From Kudoa neothunni (Eukaryota; Animalia; Cnidaria), in assembly GCA_964304625.1 (NCBI GenBank), contig OZ199838.1:16349269-16413268 (forward strand): a DNA stretch of 64,000 nucleotides. The letters are read 5' to 3'. The notes under the pieces were generated by a model. That model was not told where the DNA came from and searched no databases. It saw only the letters and a program-made list of their open reading frames with translations. Shown piece after piece: positions 1 to 12,238 of the stretch. Numbering within the stretch: the first letter of the stretch is position 1; the number at the start of each line of letters is the position of its first letter. Position numbers and translations under genes: made by a program.

Positions 1-30
1 TAAATATTAACGTCTAAAAGATAAATCTAG

Positions 31-316
31 TCACACGTTTCCTTCTGGGAGTCAGAATTTATAAGTGACATCATAAGCTTAAAACTTATAAAAGGTACTT
101 TATATATTTTTGTTTATTCGATTTAATCATGAATTATAAATGATCTATAATCATGAAGAAAATAAAATAGATGGCGATAACTCAGAGTTGACTCTTGAAG
201 GCAAGAAAAAAAATTCAAAGAGTTTTTTAGGACTCGTGGTGGTTGTTCCAGTTATGTTATTGTTGATTCTAATATCCACTGGAACATTTTTCTATATATT
301 GGTAGTCAAGAGATAA
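31..316 (+). CDS. 3' end (last two exons, 31-94 and 171-316) of a type I membrane protein, paralogue 1 of the local surface-protein family
   Basis: AG/GT-bounded 64-nt exon SHVSFWESEFISDIISLKLIK, then a phase-1 exon encoding ...FLGLVVVVPVMLLLILISTGTFFYILVVKR* (TM plus 2-residue basic tail). Exon size, phase and the W-x-x-E-F-[IL]-S pattern match the gene at 2779-4749. The 5' part lies outside the window. Confidence 0.75.
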
Positions 317-433
317 GCTTATTTCAATAAATATAATAAACAATATAAAATGCGACCAATGAATTTTATTTTATAATTTCTCATAATTTTTCCTATTATC
401 TTTCATCTATATACGTATATATGTGTATATATA

Positions 434-1538
434 CAGTGGATGAGGGGTGGATCGTAATTTCAAACAATCTTTTACTATTTACTTGGTAAAATATTTTAAT
501 TTGTGCAATTTTAATTAAAACTTTTGGCATATCTATTAAGTAATAATTGAGAGAACTAAAAAACAGTTCATAATTATAGGAGAAAAAAACGTCTACACCG
601 GAGTAATCTACTTTTTAAATAAACGGTAATTAATGTTTGTATAATATACATACATTAATACGTTCAAATATAGTACAAATTTATATAAAAACTTTAGTTA
701 ATCATTCAGTTTCTATATAAGGAAAATGTATTAATAAATAACCTATAAATATATTTGTTTTAGGTATTGTATTGGTATATATGCTACATTGTATATGTTG
801 TACGGTGATGGGTGCCACTTTTACCCAGGAATATAATTAAATAGTTCTTCCGGTTTTTGGATAATCGAACATTTATTTGCACATAATGTCAATTAAATCC
901 AAATAAAATTTAGAGTTTCTTCTGGTTAGCAAGATTTCCGGATAATCAAGATTCGACTGTATAATGTTGAATTATTATAAAATTTATTACTCAGATATAG
1001 TAATATTTTTGTGTCTTCTAACAATTATATTGTATACTTCTTGATCAATATCCGTTTGATTATTATAACTATTTCGAATAATGTCTTATATCAGACAAAT
1101 GAGAGAGGCAATTTAGAATTGAATAATTTTTCGTGCATTATAGTCATATTTATGAAACTTGTCATCTTTGTGACAGTTACCATCACTTAAAAAATCACTA
1201 AAATTGGCGTCGTTTTCAATATTGTTTCCGCCCCATATCTTCGCTAGTATTTGAATAACTTTATTATTTCATCTTTCTTTTTAAATGTCCTATCTCAATT
1301 TTTATTTCTGTCTCCCACTTCGCCATCAATCTAAAACGAAAATCTCAACAACTATTAAAATATATGAACTACGCGTCATTACAAAATAATCCATAAAAAA
1401 AAACATAATCAATTAAATTAAAAATACTTTATTTATATTCTTAACGGTCAAATAAATGTTTTTAAATAACTTATTATAATCTTATATGTGTGTTTATTTT
1501 GTAACATTTTCTCAAATTACGAACCCACTTCTTTACTG
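434..1538. mobile_element. Degenerate Tc1/pogo-type non-autonomous element; contains a nested pogo-type TIR at ~937-960
   Basis: TA|CAGTGGATGAGGGGTGGATCGTAATTT at 434 and imperfect inverted AAATTACGAACCCACTTCTTTACTG ending 1538. Same TIR family as 18703-19935. Internal CCGGATAATCAAGATTCGACTG|TA is a Tigger-like end. Confidence 0.55.
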
Positions 1539-2148
1539 TTTACAATAGCGCTGGGTTATTATGCACTCGAACTTCTCTCCTAACAAGTGTGTAGTATCTC
1601 TGCACAACTGTATATGTATATATACGTATATAAAATATGAAGTGCACTTTATATATTCTCTCGTGTTCATCTATTCTCGCTATTCAAAAATCATATCTCA
1701 ATTTCGGCGCGAAACACGAATTAAATCTATTCTAGTTATAAATTATTATATCAAACTAGTAACGAACCTATTTTTTAGATTTCGTATATCGTATAGGAAG
1801 GTAAATTTTTTGAGATATTTCGAAATAATCGCACTGGAAATTTTATATTGTTAATTAATAAATCCTTAAAAACGGTAAAATTTAAGTTATGTTACCGACA
1901 TTAATAAAATTTTATTATTTAAAGTTTTTCTCGTTTTCAACGTAATCAAGGCAAAATATGGTGTAAATATTATTACAACAAGTATTTTTTTAATAGGTAA
2001 AATTGTAAGAAATATTCACAATGAATTAATTTACAAATATTCAATAAAATATTTATATGGACTCTATAATAAAAAGTATATTATTCATATGGATAATGAG
2101 GTTATATTTAATATTTGTCTCGATTTACTTAAGAAATCCCACACTTAA

Positions 2149-2737
2149 AGGAACAGATACTCCCATCTCTTGGGAGTGAAAGCACTCCCAGTCCTAAGGT
2201 GTTGTTCCAAAACGACTTATGGTTATATTGTTGGGTATTTTTAAAGTTTCATAATTTTTCAGTAAATATAAGTAAAATAATAGATTAATTTGTTCGATAG
2301 ATTTTCATAATAACGCTTTTATTATCGTTTAGTAGATTGTATTAAACTGATTTATATTGAATATTATAGATTTTAAATATTATATAGATGATCGAATAAT
2401 AAAAGTATTAAATATCAAATATTTATTATATTATGTTTTAATAAATTGTCTTCAGTTGATTTATATTGAATAATATATACGTTTAATAATATTTTAATGA
2501 TTGTGTAATAAAAACTTTAAAACTGAAATTATTATTATCTCGTTAATAAAAAAGTGAAAGAAATTAGATATATTTTGTTAATGCAGAACGATTTTATTAT
2601 TATGTATTATTAATTATTTAGGTGTATTTAAAAAATTAATACGAATAAGATTAAAATATTTTGATTAGTTATTACGAGGCTATTAGTTTCTCATCCTACT
2701 TTCTAGACAGTATATAAATTACATCTGATGTGTATCT
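2149..2737. mobile_element. Possible Kolobok-like non-autonomous element (TTAA-flanked)
   Basis: TTAA|AGGAACAGAT... at left and ...ATGTGTATCT|TTAA at right (11/14 inverted match including TTAA); imperfect ~110-bp internal tandem duplication (2346-2540). Confidence 0.3.
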
Positions 2738-2778
2738 TTAAAACTTAAAAGTTAACTAGTAAATATTGTTTCCATAGA

Positions 2779-4749
2779 ATGATTGTTCATTGGATATTAT
2801 CAATTTTGCTTGTATATTATCCTAATTCACATGAAGGACAACAAGCTACCAAAGTTTTAATAATAATTAATTAGATTAGATAACTCAATTTTATCTATAG
2901 GAGATATTACTAAGTGTGATAGCTGGTGAACTAAGTGCTGAATTATATTCGTGTGAAGAAAATAGTATTAAATTTTTTGGTGTTCACTGTCACAGAGAAG
3001 ATTTATACAAATGTCCTAGTATTCTATTATCTGATTGTTATGTGCTCTATAATATTGTAATAAGAGTTGGAAAGTCAGGAAAACACTAAAATAGCTTTCG
3101 AAAATAATTGTCTCGAGAATGTTATGCAAAGTACCAATCTCGCAAGAGCCAACGTGCATGTGGTAGTACATAAGGGACCATATTATTCTGTGTAATGGAT
3201 TATATTTTAACATGGAAGAAAAAATAAATCTTTAATTTCTTTACCGAGCAGTTATCAGGAAGGCGAGCAAAACATAGAAACCAAACCTCGTAACTTGTCG
3301 ATTGCTGATGCAAATTTGATAATATCTTATTCTCAAATCACTGCATCGGAAATAACTTTTTATAGCTATTTGGTGTCAAACGAAGAAAGAATTCAAATTT
3401 TTACAGTAAAATATCGACTGAATTTTATAAAATACTATTATTGATATATTTAGGAAGGTGGGTTCAGTGAAGATATATTGGTAATTCGACCACATATCAA
3501 TGAAACAATAATTTCTCATTTTACTAAAATAAATATTGATTTATTTTATTATTATCATCTTTAAAATAAATATTAAAAATAATATAAATTAGGGATATGA
3601 CGACTACGGATACATATCCTTGAGTGAACGAATGTTTTCTATTGGATATTATGCAAATGCCAAAAATAACAATACCGCTGCTTGCGGTTCAGATTCAAAC
3701 AAATATAAATTTTATTCGAAAGAATTACTATATATGGGATATAATGAGATCTTTCCTAAATTAATATTTAAGCAAATATTGGTAATTGGAGAGACAATCA
3801 TCTATGATAATATTTTATTTTTAATAGCTTGAAAATTTTGAGTATGACGAGTCGAACAAGGAGGTTTCATTAAAATTTCCTTGTTATACCGAAAATAAAA
3901 TTATTACTGTTTTTACGGAAAAATATAAAGCTTGGTTTTCAAACATTTCTGGAGACATTGACAGATTTTTCAAACCAATCAATATTATAGAAGCCTATAA
4001 TTTTGTTTCTTGCTTCAATTTAACATACCAAACAGTATTAATTTATAATGAAAGTCATCCTTGGAAAGAAGTCACACAGGAATTTATTTCGATTGAATTT
4101 CCAAAGAAAAATGGAACCAGATACTTCCGTGTAACAACATAGTCATATTATTAAATCATGATAATTATATAATTTTAGGTTTATGGAAATTTTCCTACGT
4201 TGATTGAAAACAATGCTTACGCGTTATTCGAAAAAATACAAACATTACTGAATGAGACAAACTCTAGGTCGTTACTTATGGAAGTATATCTAGTGGACTT
4301 AAAAAAAATAATATATAAACTAGGATATATTATACAAAATGTATTATTATGCTCTTCTTTCCCATATCAATACAAAAATTTTTACTGACGATAATAAAAT
4401 ACTCTACAAATTTCACGTAAAAACCATCCATATATTAATAATAAAATTTTTTTTAGTCATATCATATCGGTTGGAAACCGGAGTTTCTTAGTAATCTAAC
4501 GAGGTCTGAATTTATTGGAGGTAAATTTTAAAGTCGATGTTTACACATGATGTTGGAAATCAATTATAATATATAAATCTAGGCATAAATACTAATAATG
4601 GTAATGATACTGGCGTTTCCCAAAGTAAGGAGGCAAAATCCGATTCCATCATTACTATTGTGATACCCATAATATTGCTTATAATTGCAGTGGTTGTTGG
4701 AGTGGGCTTCTTTATATTAGTCAAGAATCAGAGGAAAGCTACAAGCTAA
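2779..4749 (+). CDS. Multi-exon type I membrane glycoprotein of unknown family (paralogue 2, apparently intact)
   Basis: ATG 2779 gives signal-like MIVHWILSILLVYYPNSHEG. About 11 short-intron GT-AG exons splice into an open frame: Cys-rich N-terminus (CEENS..CHREDLYKCPS..CYV..CKVP..TCMC), several N-x-S/T sites, 64-nt exon 4457-4520 SYHIGWKPEFLSNLTRSEFIG, last exon 4583-4749 with TM IITIVIPIILLIIAVVVGVGFFILV and tail KNQRKATS*. Confidence 0.8.
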
Positions 4750-6712
4750 TATTTCAATTCGAACTACTTTATTTTAATTAATAACTTTTACTTTAACTTT
4801 AATTAGTTCGAAATCATCTCTAATTTATTCTTCCATGCATATATTTCAGAAGTTTTTCTGGCGACCGTGGTTATTCGTATGATATGAAATATTCGAAATA
4901 ATAATATATTATCTATATATCGATCCATTTAAATATATAAATATTTTTTAAATCTCTAAATATGATAATTTATCAAAAATTATCGAAATAATCAGTGATT
5001 TTAATAGTTAATTATTTGATTTTTCTCACTGCTCTAACCATGGTAGTTTTGTGAGGAATTAATTCCCTTCAAAAATAAAGTTGAAAATTTTGGTTGTAAT
5101 ATTACCCGGTTGTTACAACAGATATGGTTCAATTAAATCGGTCACATTATTTTATTTCTGAGTTTTCTTTAAACGTATGTTTCGAATCTAATTCAAGCTT
5201 TAAGTATCCTTTAGTTAATTGCTAAGGTTATTTTCTAATTCTTAAAGTGCATTTATAATTAATGATTAATTTCAAAATATGTTTCTTTTGCGTGGATTTT
5301 AAACTTATTATCGTAAAAAGATTTAATCACAGTATTTCACGATCAAGATACATTCATGTTAAATAAAATTTTGAAAAAATCATTTTAATTAAATAATCAA
5401 CAAGAAATACCCCAGAAAAAATGCGTGAAATCGGTTAATTGCCAGATTTTTGGTTACATTATTTAGCTACTATTTAAGTCAATATTTAATGCCAAAAAGT
5501 ACAATATTACTCATTATTATGAACGTCTTCAATCTAATGACCCAAAAACTGCCACTTTATCACGTTTTGAAATATCTATTATCTACTAATGACATCCTAG
5601 AGATGAAAAATAAAATAATCAAATCTTTAAATGTTTTTAGAATCTAAAAATAGAAATTATTTTCATGCAGGACAATTTCATTCTGTTGATGAAGATGTAT
5701 ATAAGTGAATTGGGTGGATACGAAGAAAAAAGATTGTAGTTAACGTCGTAACGGTAAACACCACGAGAAATTAATTAGCAAAAGAAAAAGATTTACCTAC
5801 ATGTACAATTTTAAAATTCTTGAAGGGATTCTTTAGTTTAAAAAAGGTCCAACATTAAAAAATCAAATTTTATTAACTAATCTGTTGATACTGCGTCTGA
5901 AACTACTTCAGAGTTGATCAATCAAATCAGAACATTTTTTAAAAGTCACTCTGAAAATTTTATTTACGATGTAGACGAATTCGCCTTATTCTTTATTCTA
6001 CCAATAGCAACAAGGGAAATATTTCATAGATTGTTGAAAAGTATTTTTGTGTTTTTAACATGTTTATCGAGCTTAATTAATTTTATAAATTAATATATAA
6101 TTAACTGGTCTTTTTAAACTCAACTTAATCATTAAATATTAAATGTCAATTTATTCTGAAATAATTTCGCACGCACATTCGTGAAATTGGACGTGATAGA
6201 TTTCTCGCAGTTTTTTTCTTGGTCCCGTGGAGATTCCGTGAAGTTGGTTCCTTATTGTAACACCAAGACAACATTTCTCTTATATAAACAAATAAATAAA
6301 CAACTTTGTAACGAATATTATGGATTTTTAAACGTTAATTTTACGCGATTTTATTATCTGATTTGATTTGACTTGATTAATGTTTTGCCCATGCATGATT
6401 ATCATATGTAAATGTGAATGAGGTAAGATCTAATACATTCTTTAAAAAAAAAAGAACGTCATAAATTTTCGAAAAAACTGGTACACGCGATTCAATTTGC
6501 AACAAAAACAATCTACAATTAACTAAATAGTAGAAAACATATGAGCACGCGATACTAATACATAAAGTAGGTTCGACGCAATAAGAACCATATCCTTACT
6601 TTCCATTACGATCGTTGCGTTTACAAAAATCTCATTTATTACTATATCTGAAAAGGGACAAAATCTATGTAATTTGTACAATTTTTAGATATCCCAAGAT
6701 TTTAAACTATAA

Positions 6713-7838
6713 TTATATACAATATAAATATATTCAAAGGAGGACTGTCGGTATGTTTGTGTCAGTACGTGTGCCCCTATGTATGTATGCGCGAATAATT
6801 TTTTCCCTATAGAGATACAGAGTCGTATCTAAAATTTTTATAAATTTGTGATATTTAAAAAAATTGTTTAATTGTTTTTGGACTACTAAAGTTTCCAAAA
6901 AATATTTATGAAATAGTGATTTTGTCGATTTAAAGTTGTTTATCGGATTACATGAGTTCAACTATAGATTTAGCGTTTGCTTATGTCATTGAGATAATAG
7001 GTTGAAGTTAACTATCTACCTTATACACTCTATCATATGTTAATTGAACGATGTCATCTATCTTTACGTATAAGGTTTGTGCGTTTATTTTATTGTTTGC
7101 TTAAATAAATTCCTTACATGGGGAGTTTTAATGTAATTGACTTGACAAACACATTTTGAAGACTCTATTAGTGGATTTATATACGAAAAAATGTTAATAT
7201 TTGAATTATTCTTGAGTTGGTTATGCGTGTTATAATCAGATAGATTGAAGCACTATAACGCAAGTACCGTGTTCGTAGATTTCATTGAAACCGTCCGTTA
7301 TGTTGAACTTACAGTGATTCAATTCAGTGCAGATGGTTAGTTCATCCGTTTATTTATATTATTTGTTAGAAAATGTGTATTAAAGTTTTTGAGGACCAAA
7401 GGATATTAATTTTAGTAATATCAATTAATTTTCATACGTTTTCTTCTATTTCTATTACTTTCTCCATTTTTTTATCTCAAAAAGTTGGTGGTACACACAA
7501 TTATTGAGCGGGACAAGAATTTGACTTTTAGAAATCCCCTGGGCCAAAAAATAACGTTTTAGATAACACTTTAATGGGATTTAAATAATTCGGGGATGAA
7601 AAAAATACGATGCTGACCTTGGCTCATTTAGCGTTGGTGCCGAGCCACGAAATTTTAAATGAACGCCAAAACATAATTTAAATTTCATAATCCAAATCGT
7701 TAAAGTATATTGCTTAAAAATTTTTAGTCATTTTGCATCTGTGGGTTAATTTTAGGATTTAATATATTTTTCGAATATTGTGAAGTAACGTATCTATGCG
7801 AAATCTTCCCCAAGCAACGCTGGGCAGTTCCCGCTAGT
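6713..7838 (+). mobile_element. Non-autonomous Helitron-like element
   Basis: 3' end: hairpin CCCAAGCAACGCTGGG followed by CTAG|T (7809-7838). Candidate 5' end: TATA-rich start followed by a GTATGTTTGTGT/GTATGTATG tract at ~6713-6790. 5' boundary approximate. Confidence 0.6.
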
Positions 7839-8165
7839 TAATTGATAAAATAAAATCAATAATAAAAAGTAGGAAATAATAAGTTACGATAACTCTTCCA
7901 TGGTAGAATTATTATTATTATTAATATTAAAAATAATATTTACAAAAGCCTAAGAAAAGAATGTTACATTGATACTTACTAGAAATTATGATTTTTTTAA
8001 TTTCTTGTTATTTTAATCATAATTTGGGATTGTAATATTCCGTAATAAATTTTAAGAAAATTATCTCCGTAAATTGATTTTATTTATCACAAAAAATTTA
8101 ATGTAACCTGAAATATTATAGATAGAATTAATTTTTATTAGTTTGATTATATTCAAATTTATAAC

Positions 8166-10120
8166 TAGGGTTGGCGATTTTCGACGTTTATCTTTTTACA
8201 AGTCGATGATTTTAATCGATCGAAATAAATAAAAATTTAAAATTAAAGTTTTTTAGTGAAAAACAAATTAAATCGACTAAAATAGTGACTAATAAGTAAT
8301 ATTGTAGTTGAGATTTACTGTGAGGGACCATTAAAATTTAACACTGATAACATTGTGAGGCGTTTATCTGAAAGATTAATCCTTTCTTTGCCAAATACAT
8401 GCCTTAATTTTGAAAAGCTCCTTTCGATGTTGATGGATGATGACACAGGAATAACCAATAAATCCTCAGAAATTTGTGATAAAATTTGTAATATGTTTGA
8501 TTTATTTCTCTAAAAATCATTGTTGATGGGTAGGTCTGATTCTTTCAAAATTTTGCAGAGGAGATCATATTCTTATTGAATTTCAGACTTTTCATTGATC
8601 TCTAATAAATAAGACCAGAAATCTCAACATTTTAGGTTGTAATTTTATTTTTTGGATCAATTTCTTTAATCGTTTGGAAAAATGTAGTCGATGGCAAACA
8701 ATCGTTAACATCATTTGGTAATGACTGATGAATCTCATAAAATTTAGAACAGAAACTTTCAGTTTTAATCGTTAATTGGCTCCTAGATTCAAATGGAATA
8801 AGTCCAAGAATATCTTTGTAAACTATTATTAAATGTTGGGGCGTTAATACCAGTCATCTTTTATCCAATCAGCAATACTTGAAATGCAGCAGTTATCTTC
8901 AGTTTCGATGAATCTAGAGAATTCAAACAATGGCGTTAGTTCATCTGTTAGAATATTAAATTAACAATAAAATATATTGTAACTAACTGAATAAATTTCA
9001 ATTATTGAGTTTAATTTTTTTCCTGTTTCATCATTTTTATTTTCTTTAAAATCATTGACTGCAGGATAATATTCTTTTATGTGTTTTAGACAGTTAATGA
9101 ACCTATACCATCATATGTCCAAAACACGAGGAATTTCCTTCGTTATTTTGAAGCTATTATTAAGGTGAACCCAAAAATTCCTTGTATAATTCCTACCTTT
9201 CGATAAAATGGTGGAAAAACTTTTAATATCAAAAAAGTATTCATTCGTAACTTTTTGAACTGTCAAATGAATAATGCGTGAATAATATGTAATTCCGATG
9301 ATAGTTGGATATATGGTTCTTAAATCCTTAGAATACTTTTTCATGTATTGTGTTGAGTCAGAAACATTCACAATGCATTTATCCCATTTTAAGTTGTGCC
9401 GATTTAGTGATTTAGAACACTGGGTATGTGATCAGCTATGGTTACGAATTTGCATCGAACAAGCCTCGAAGAATCGAGCAGTATAGTTCTCCATTTACCG
9501 GTAGCACAATCATGAAAAGAAGCTAATGTATTAAAAATCGGCCTTTTTTCGAATCAGGGGACTCATCAATTATTAAACTAAATCGTACATCCCTCATCAC
9601 TGATTTAATGTTATCGACACCTTGAAATACAACCGAAAGATGTTTACCAACTGTTTACCAATCAATATTTTCCCATCTGGCAAGGATCTCGACGCTTAGC
9701 AGTACATAGAATGTAACCCCCTCAAGTTACTCTTTTTATTAATTTCATCAAATGTAAGACTGTCAAAAATTATAATCTTCACCAAATCCATTTCAATATC
9801 ATTCGATTTTGATCTATCGAGATTTAGAATATTCTTAAGGGTATTGTTTTGGAAACATTTGACTGTATTGACAAATATTTCTTTTAACTGATATTTTCTT
9901 GAATTTTATTTTGTTTAAGTGGCAACAGAACCTTGCAATATTAACAAGACAAGGAATCGCCAACAGCATCTAAATCAAGCCACTCCACTAAATAATTAGT
10001 AATATCATATCGCTTCCCACCCATCTTAGTTCGATTTTAAGGTGCCAAAATCGATTTTTACCAATCAAAAAAATGTCGAACGATTTTATAAAATTAGAAG
10101 GTTTTAATCGATTAAAACCT
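8166..10120 (-). mobile_element. Decayed hAT transposon with transposase remnants
   Basis: TIR-like TAGGGTTGGCGATTTTCGA at 8166 and ATCGAT-rich subterminal repeats at both ends. Minus strand ~8340-8470 encodes LLVIPVSSSINIERSFSKLRHVFGKERINLSDKRL (hAT dimerisation motif). 9111-9371 encodes VSDSTQYMKK...IIGITYYSRIIHL (D..M...C..H-type core, degenerate). Many stops; right boundary approximate. Confidence 0.75.
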
Positions 10121-10452
10121 TAGATATAACTTATCTTGTGTTTGTGGGGGAATACGAATATTGGTATATATGTATACATAGATATAGGGTGCCGCTGACA
10201 GATTTTTCAGAATTATCACATTCGTAGTAGGTTATTAATTTGTTGTTTGTTCGAATCTCATCAACAAAGTGAAAATTGGCTCATGATAAAACAATTTTAA
10301 TAATAATAATAAATAATAATAATATTAATATTAAAAGGCAAAGATTTATTTTTAGTGATTTTTCTATTAAAATTGAGATCTGATACATACGTGTGCCAAA
10401 TATTCGTTTAATCTAATCATGATAAATTAATTATATTGGTTTATTTTGGATA

Positions 10453-11062
10453 GTTCAGGATTAGTTAATTTAATTGTTTATATTTTATTTTTAAATATTG
10501 AGACACTTCTATGTAGAAATAATTTTAGTATTATAATTTTATATTCGGTCAAATAAAAACCTACTGAATTATTGCATTAGAACGTAATGAATTGAATGTG
10601 TTACTATGCTTTTCATCGTTATGGTTATTGATATAACATTATACAAATGTTCAAACAAAATCTAAAAATTTCACGTCGAAATTATTAAGTAAAATTATTA
10701 AAGATCATAGTTTTTAGTCATATCTTTTCGATCCGGATTAGATGATAATTGGTAATCTAATCAGTGCTAAGTTTTAGGGGGACAAATATCGTGTTGTTTT
10801 TTGTATTTGTAATAAGAAATCAAGTAGAAATTGAAAATCATAGAAAAATCACGCATAATAATATTGATTCAGAAAATCGTCAGATAATAAGAGGAACGGA
10901 AATTTAACGAATGATTCAACAATCATGATTGTTGTTCTCGTCGTTTCAATTATAGTTTTAATATTCATTGGATTGGTTCTATACGTATTGGTGAAGGAGA
11001 AGAAGATAAATTTATGTTCAAAAAATAAATCAAAAGGAAGAACTTCCAAGAATGTCTTCTAA
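10453..11062 (+). pseudogene. Pseudogenised paralogue 3 of the surface-protein family (3' exons only)
   Basis: Exon at 10718 reads SYLFDPD*MIIGNLISAKF*G, homologous to the 64-nt exon, with two stops and a lost GT donor. The preceding exon ends AAATTTCAC|gt as in paralogue 2. Terminal exon 10873-11062 encodes TM IMIVVLVVSIIVLIFIGLVLYVLV plus a basic tail. Confidence 0.65.
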
Positions 11063-12084
11063 TTAACTATTTTTTTAATTCGCATTCATCTCATATTTTA
11101 TTATTATATTGATACATTCTGTAATTTTTTGAATACATTTTCATGTTTAATTATTATTGTATATTGTATTAGATTTTTTGAATATGCTGACAATTTTTAT
11201 GTAAATTATTTATGAATAACTCTCCCTAAACGAATTTTTTCTGTAACCTGTCTGAATGAGGAGTCAATAATTCTTCTGTGATAATTTGTACATTTCAAAT
11301 TTCTTATAAAATAAAATATTTAGAAAAAAATTATTAAGCCTCATAATTATGTTATAATTGTTTTCAACATTTTTATATTAAATAAAAAATTTTGTTGAAT
11401 ATGTTTAGCTTTATACTGTAAAATATTTACACACTTTTATAAAACAATATAGCTATCAACTTTAATCTATAGTCATTAAATATATAATTTAATAAAAAGA
11501 GATCAAAAGTTTTTTGAATATTTAATTCATGTGGCATATAATCTTGTAAATATTTGGATTATGGTGATTTGACAATAGAAAATTCTAAAAATGTTAATAA
11601 TGTACAAAGTAAATACGTTAATAAACAATAAACAATATCAAAAAATTGTTCAATACTTCAAAACAAATTAAACGTTGAAATATTCGGAAATCACTCATTG
11701 TTTCATTCCATAAAAATATTTAAGAGGTTTAATACTATAGTTAAGATATTACGGTTGTATTTCTATTTTAAATCTTTCAATATTTTAATAGTTTTTGAAA
11801 AATAAAATGAGACTTTTAACATATGTTTTTGACTATATATATTGTTAAAATTACTTTTTTTTAATTTAATTATAAACAATCAATTTTTATATCTTGAATG
11901 CGATAATGAAAATCTATTGATAATTAAATTTCTGATAATCTTAAATTTTATATAAGAACTATTTTTATTTTTTCGAAATGATTATGAGCAATAAATAATT
12001 AAAAAATTCAATGTTGGGACGAAAAAATTTGGAAGAGGATATTTACTTTAAATACACCGGCTAATAATTCAATTAATCTTAAGA

Positions 12085-12145
12085 TAAATATGAATTTGGT
12101 TTCCAAGTTAAGGGTGTAAATTTAAAAACCCCTTGAGAACCCCTG
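12085..12145 (-). mobile_element. Terminal fragment of the hAT MITE family (copy 1)
   Basis: AAATATGAATTTGGTTTCCAAGTTAAGGGTGTAAATTT...TTGAGAACCCCTG closely matches 42558-42617 and the reverse complement of 49221-49280. Confidence 0.7.
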
Positions 12146-12238
12146 GAAATTAATGACTTAAAATATCAAATAATGTTTTGTGATCGAAAAATTTCTATCC
12201 TAAATACTACTTATAAACTATAGTTAACGAAAATTAAT

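Noticed and set aside
2149-2210. Hammerhead ribozyme
   Set aside because: GAAA and stems are present but there is no CUGAUGA core.
1561-7000. Short AT-rich ORFs (1561-1854, 5450-5647, 6181-6366, 6615-6812, 6734-6961) and similar ones elsewhere
   Set aside because: I/F/K/N/Y-biased random ORFs in TE debris with no motifs or splice support.
10849-11049. Minus-strand 66-aa ORF
   Set aside because: The meaningful frame is the plus-strand TM exon of paralogue 3.
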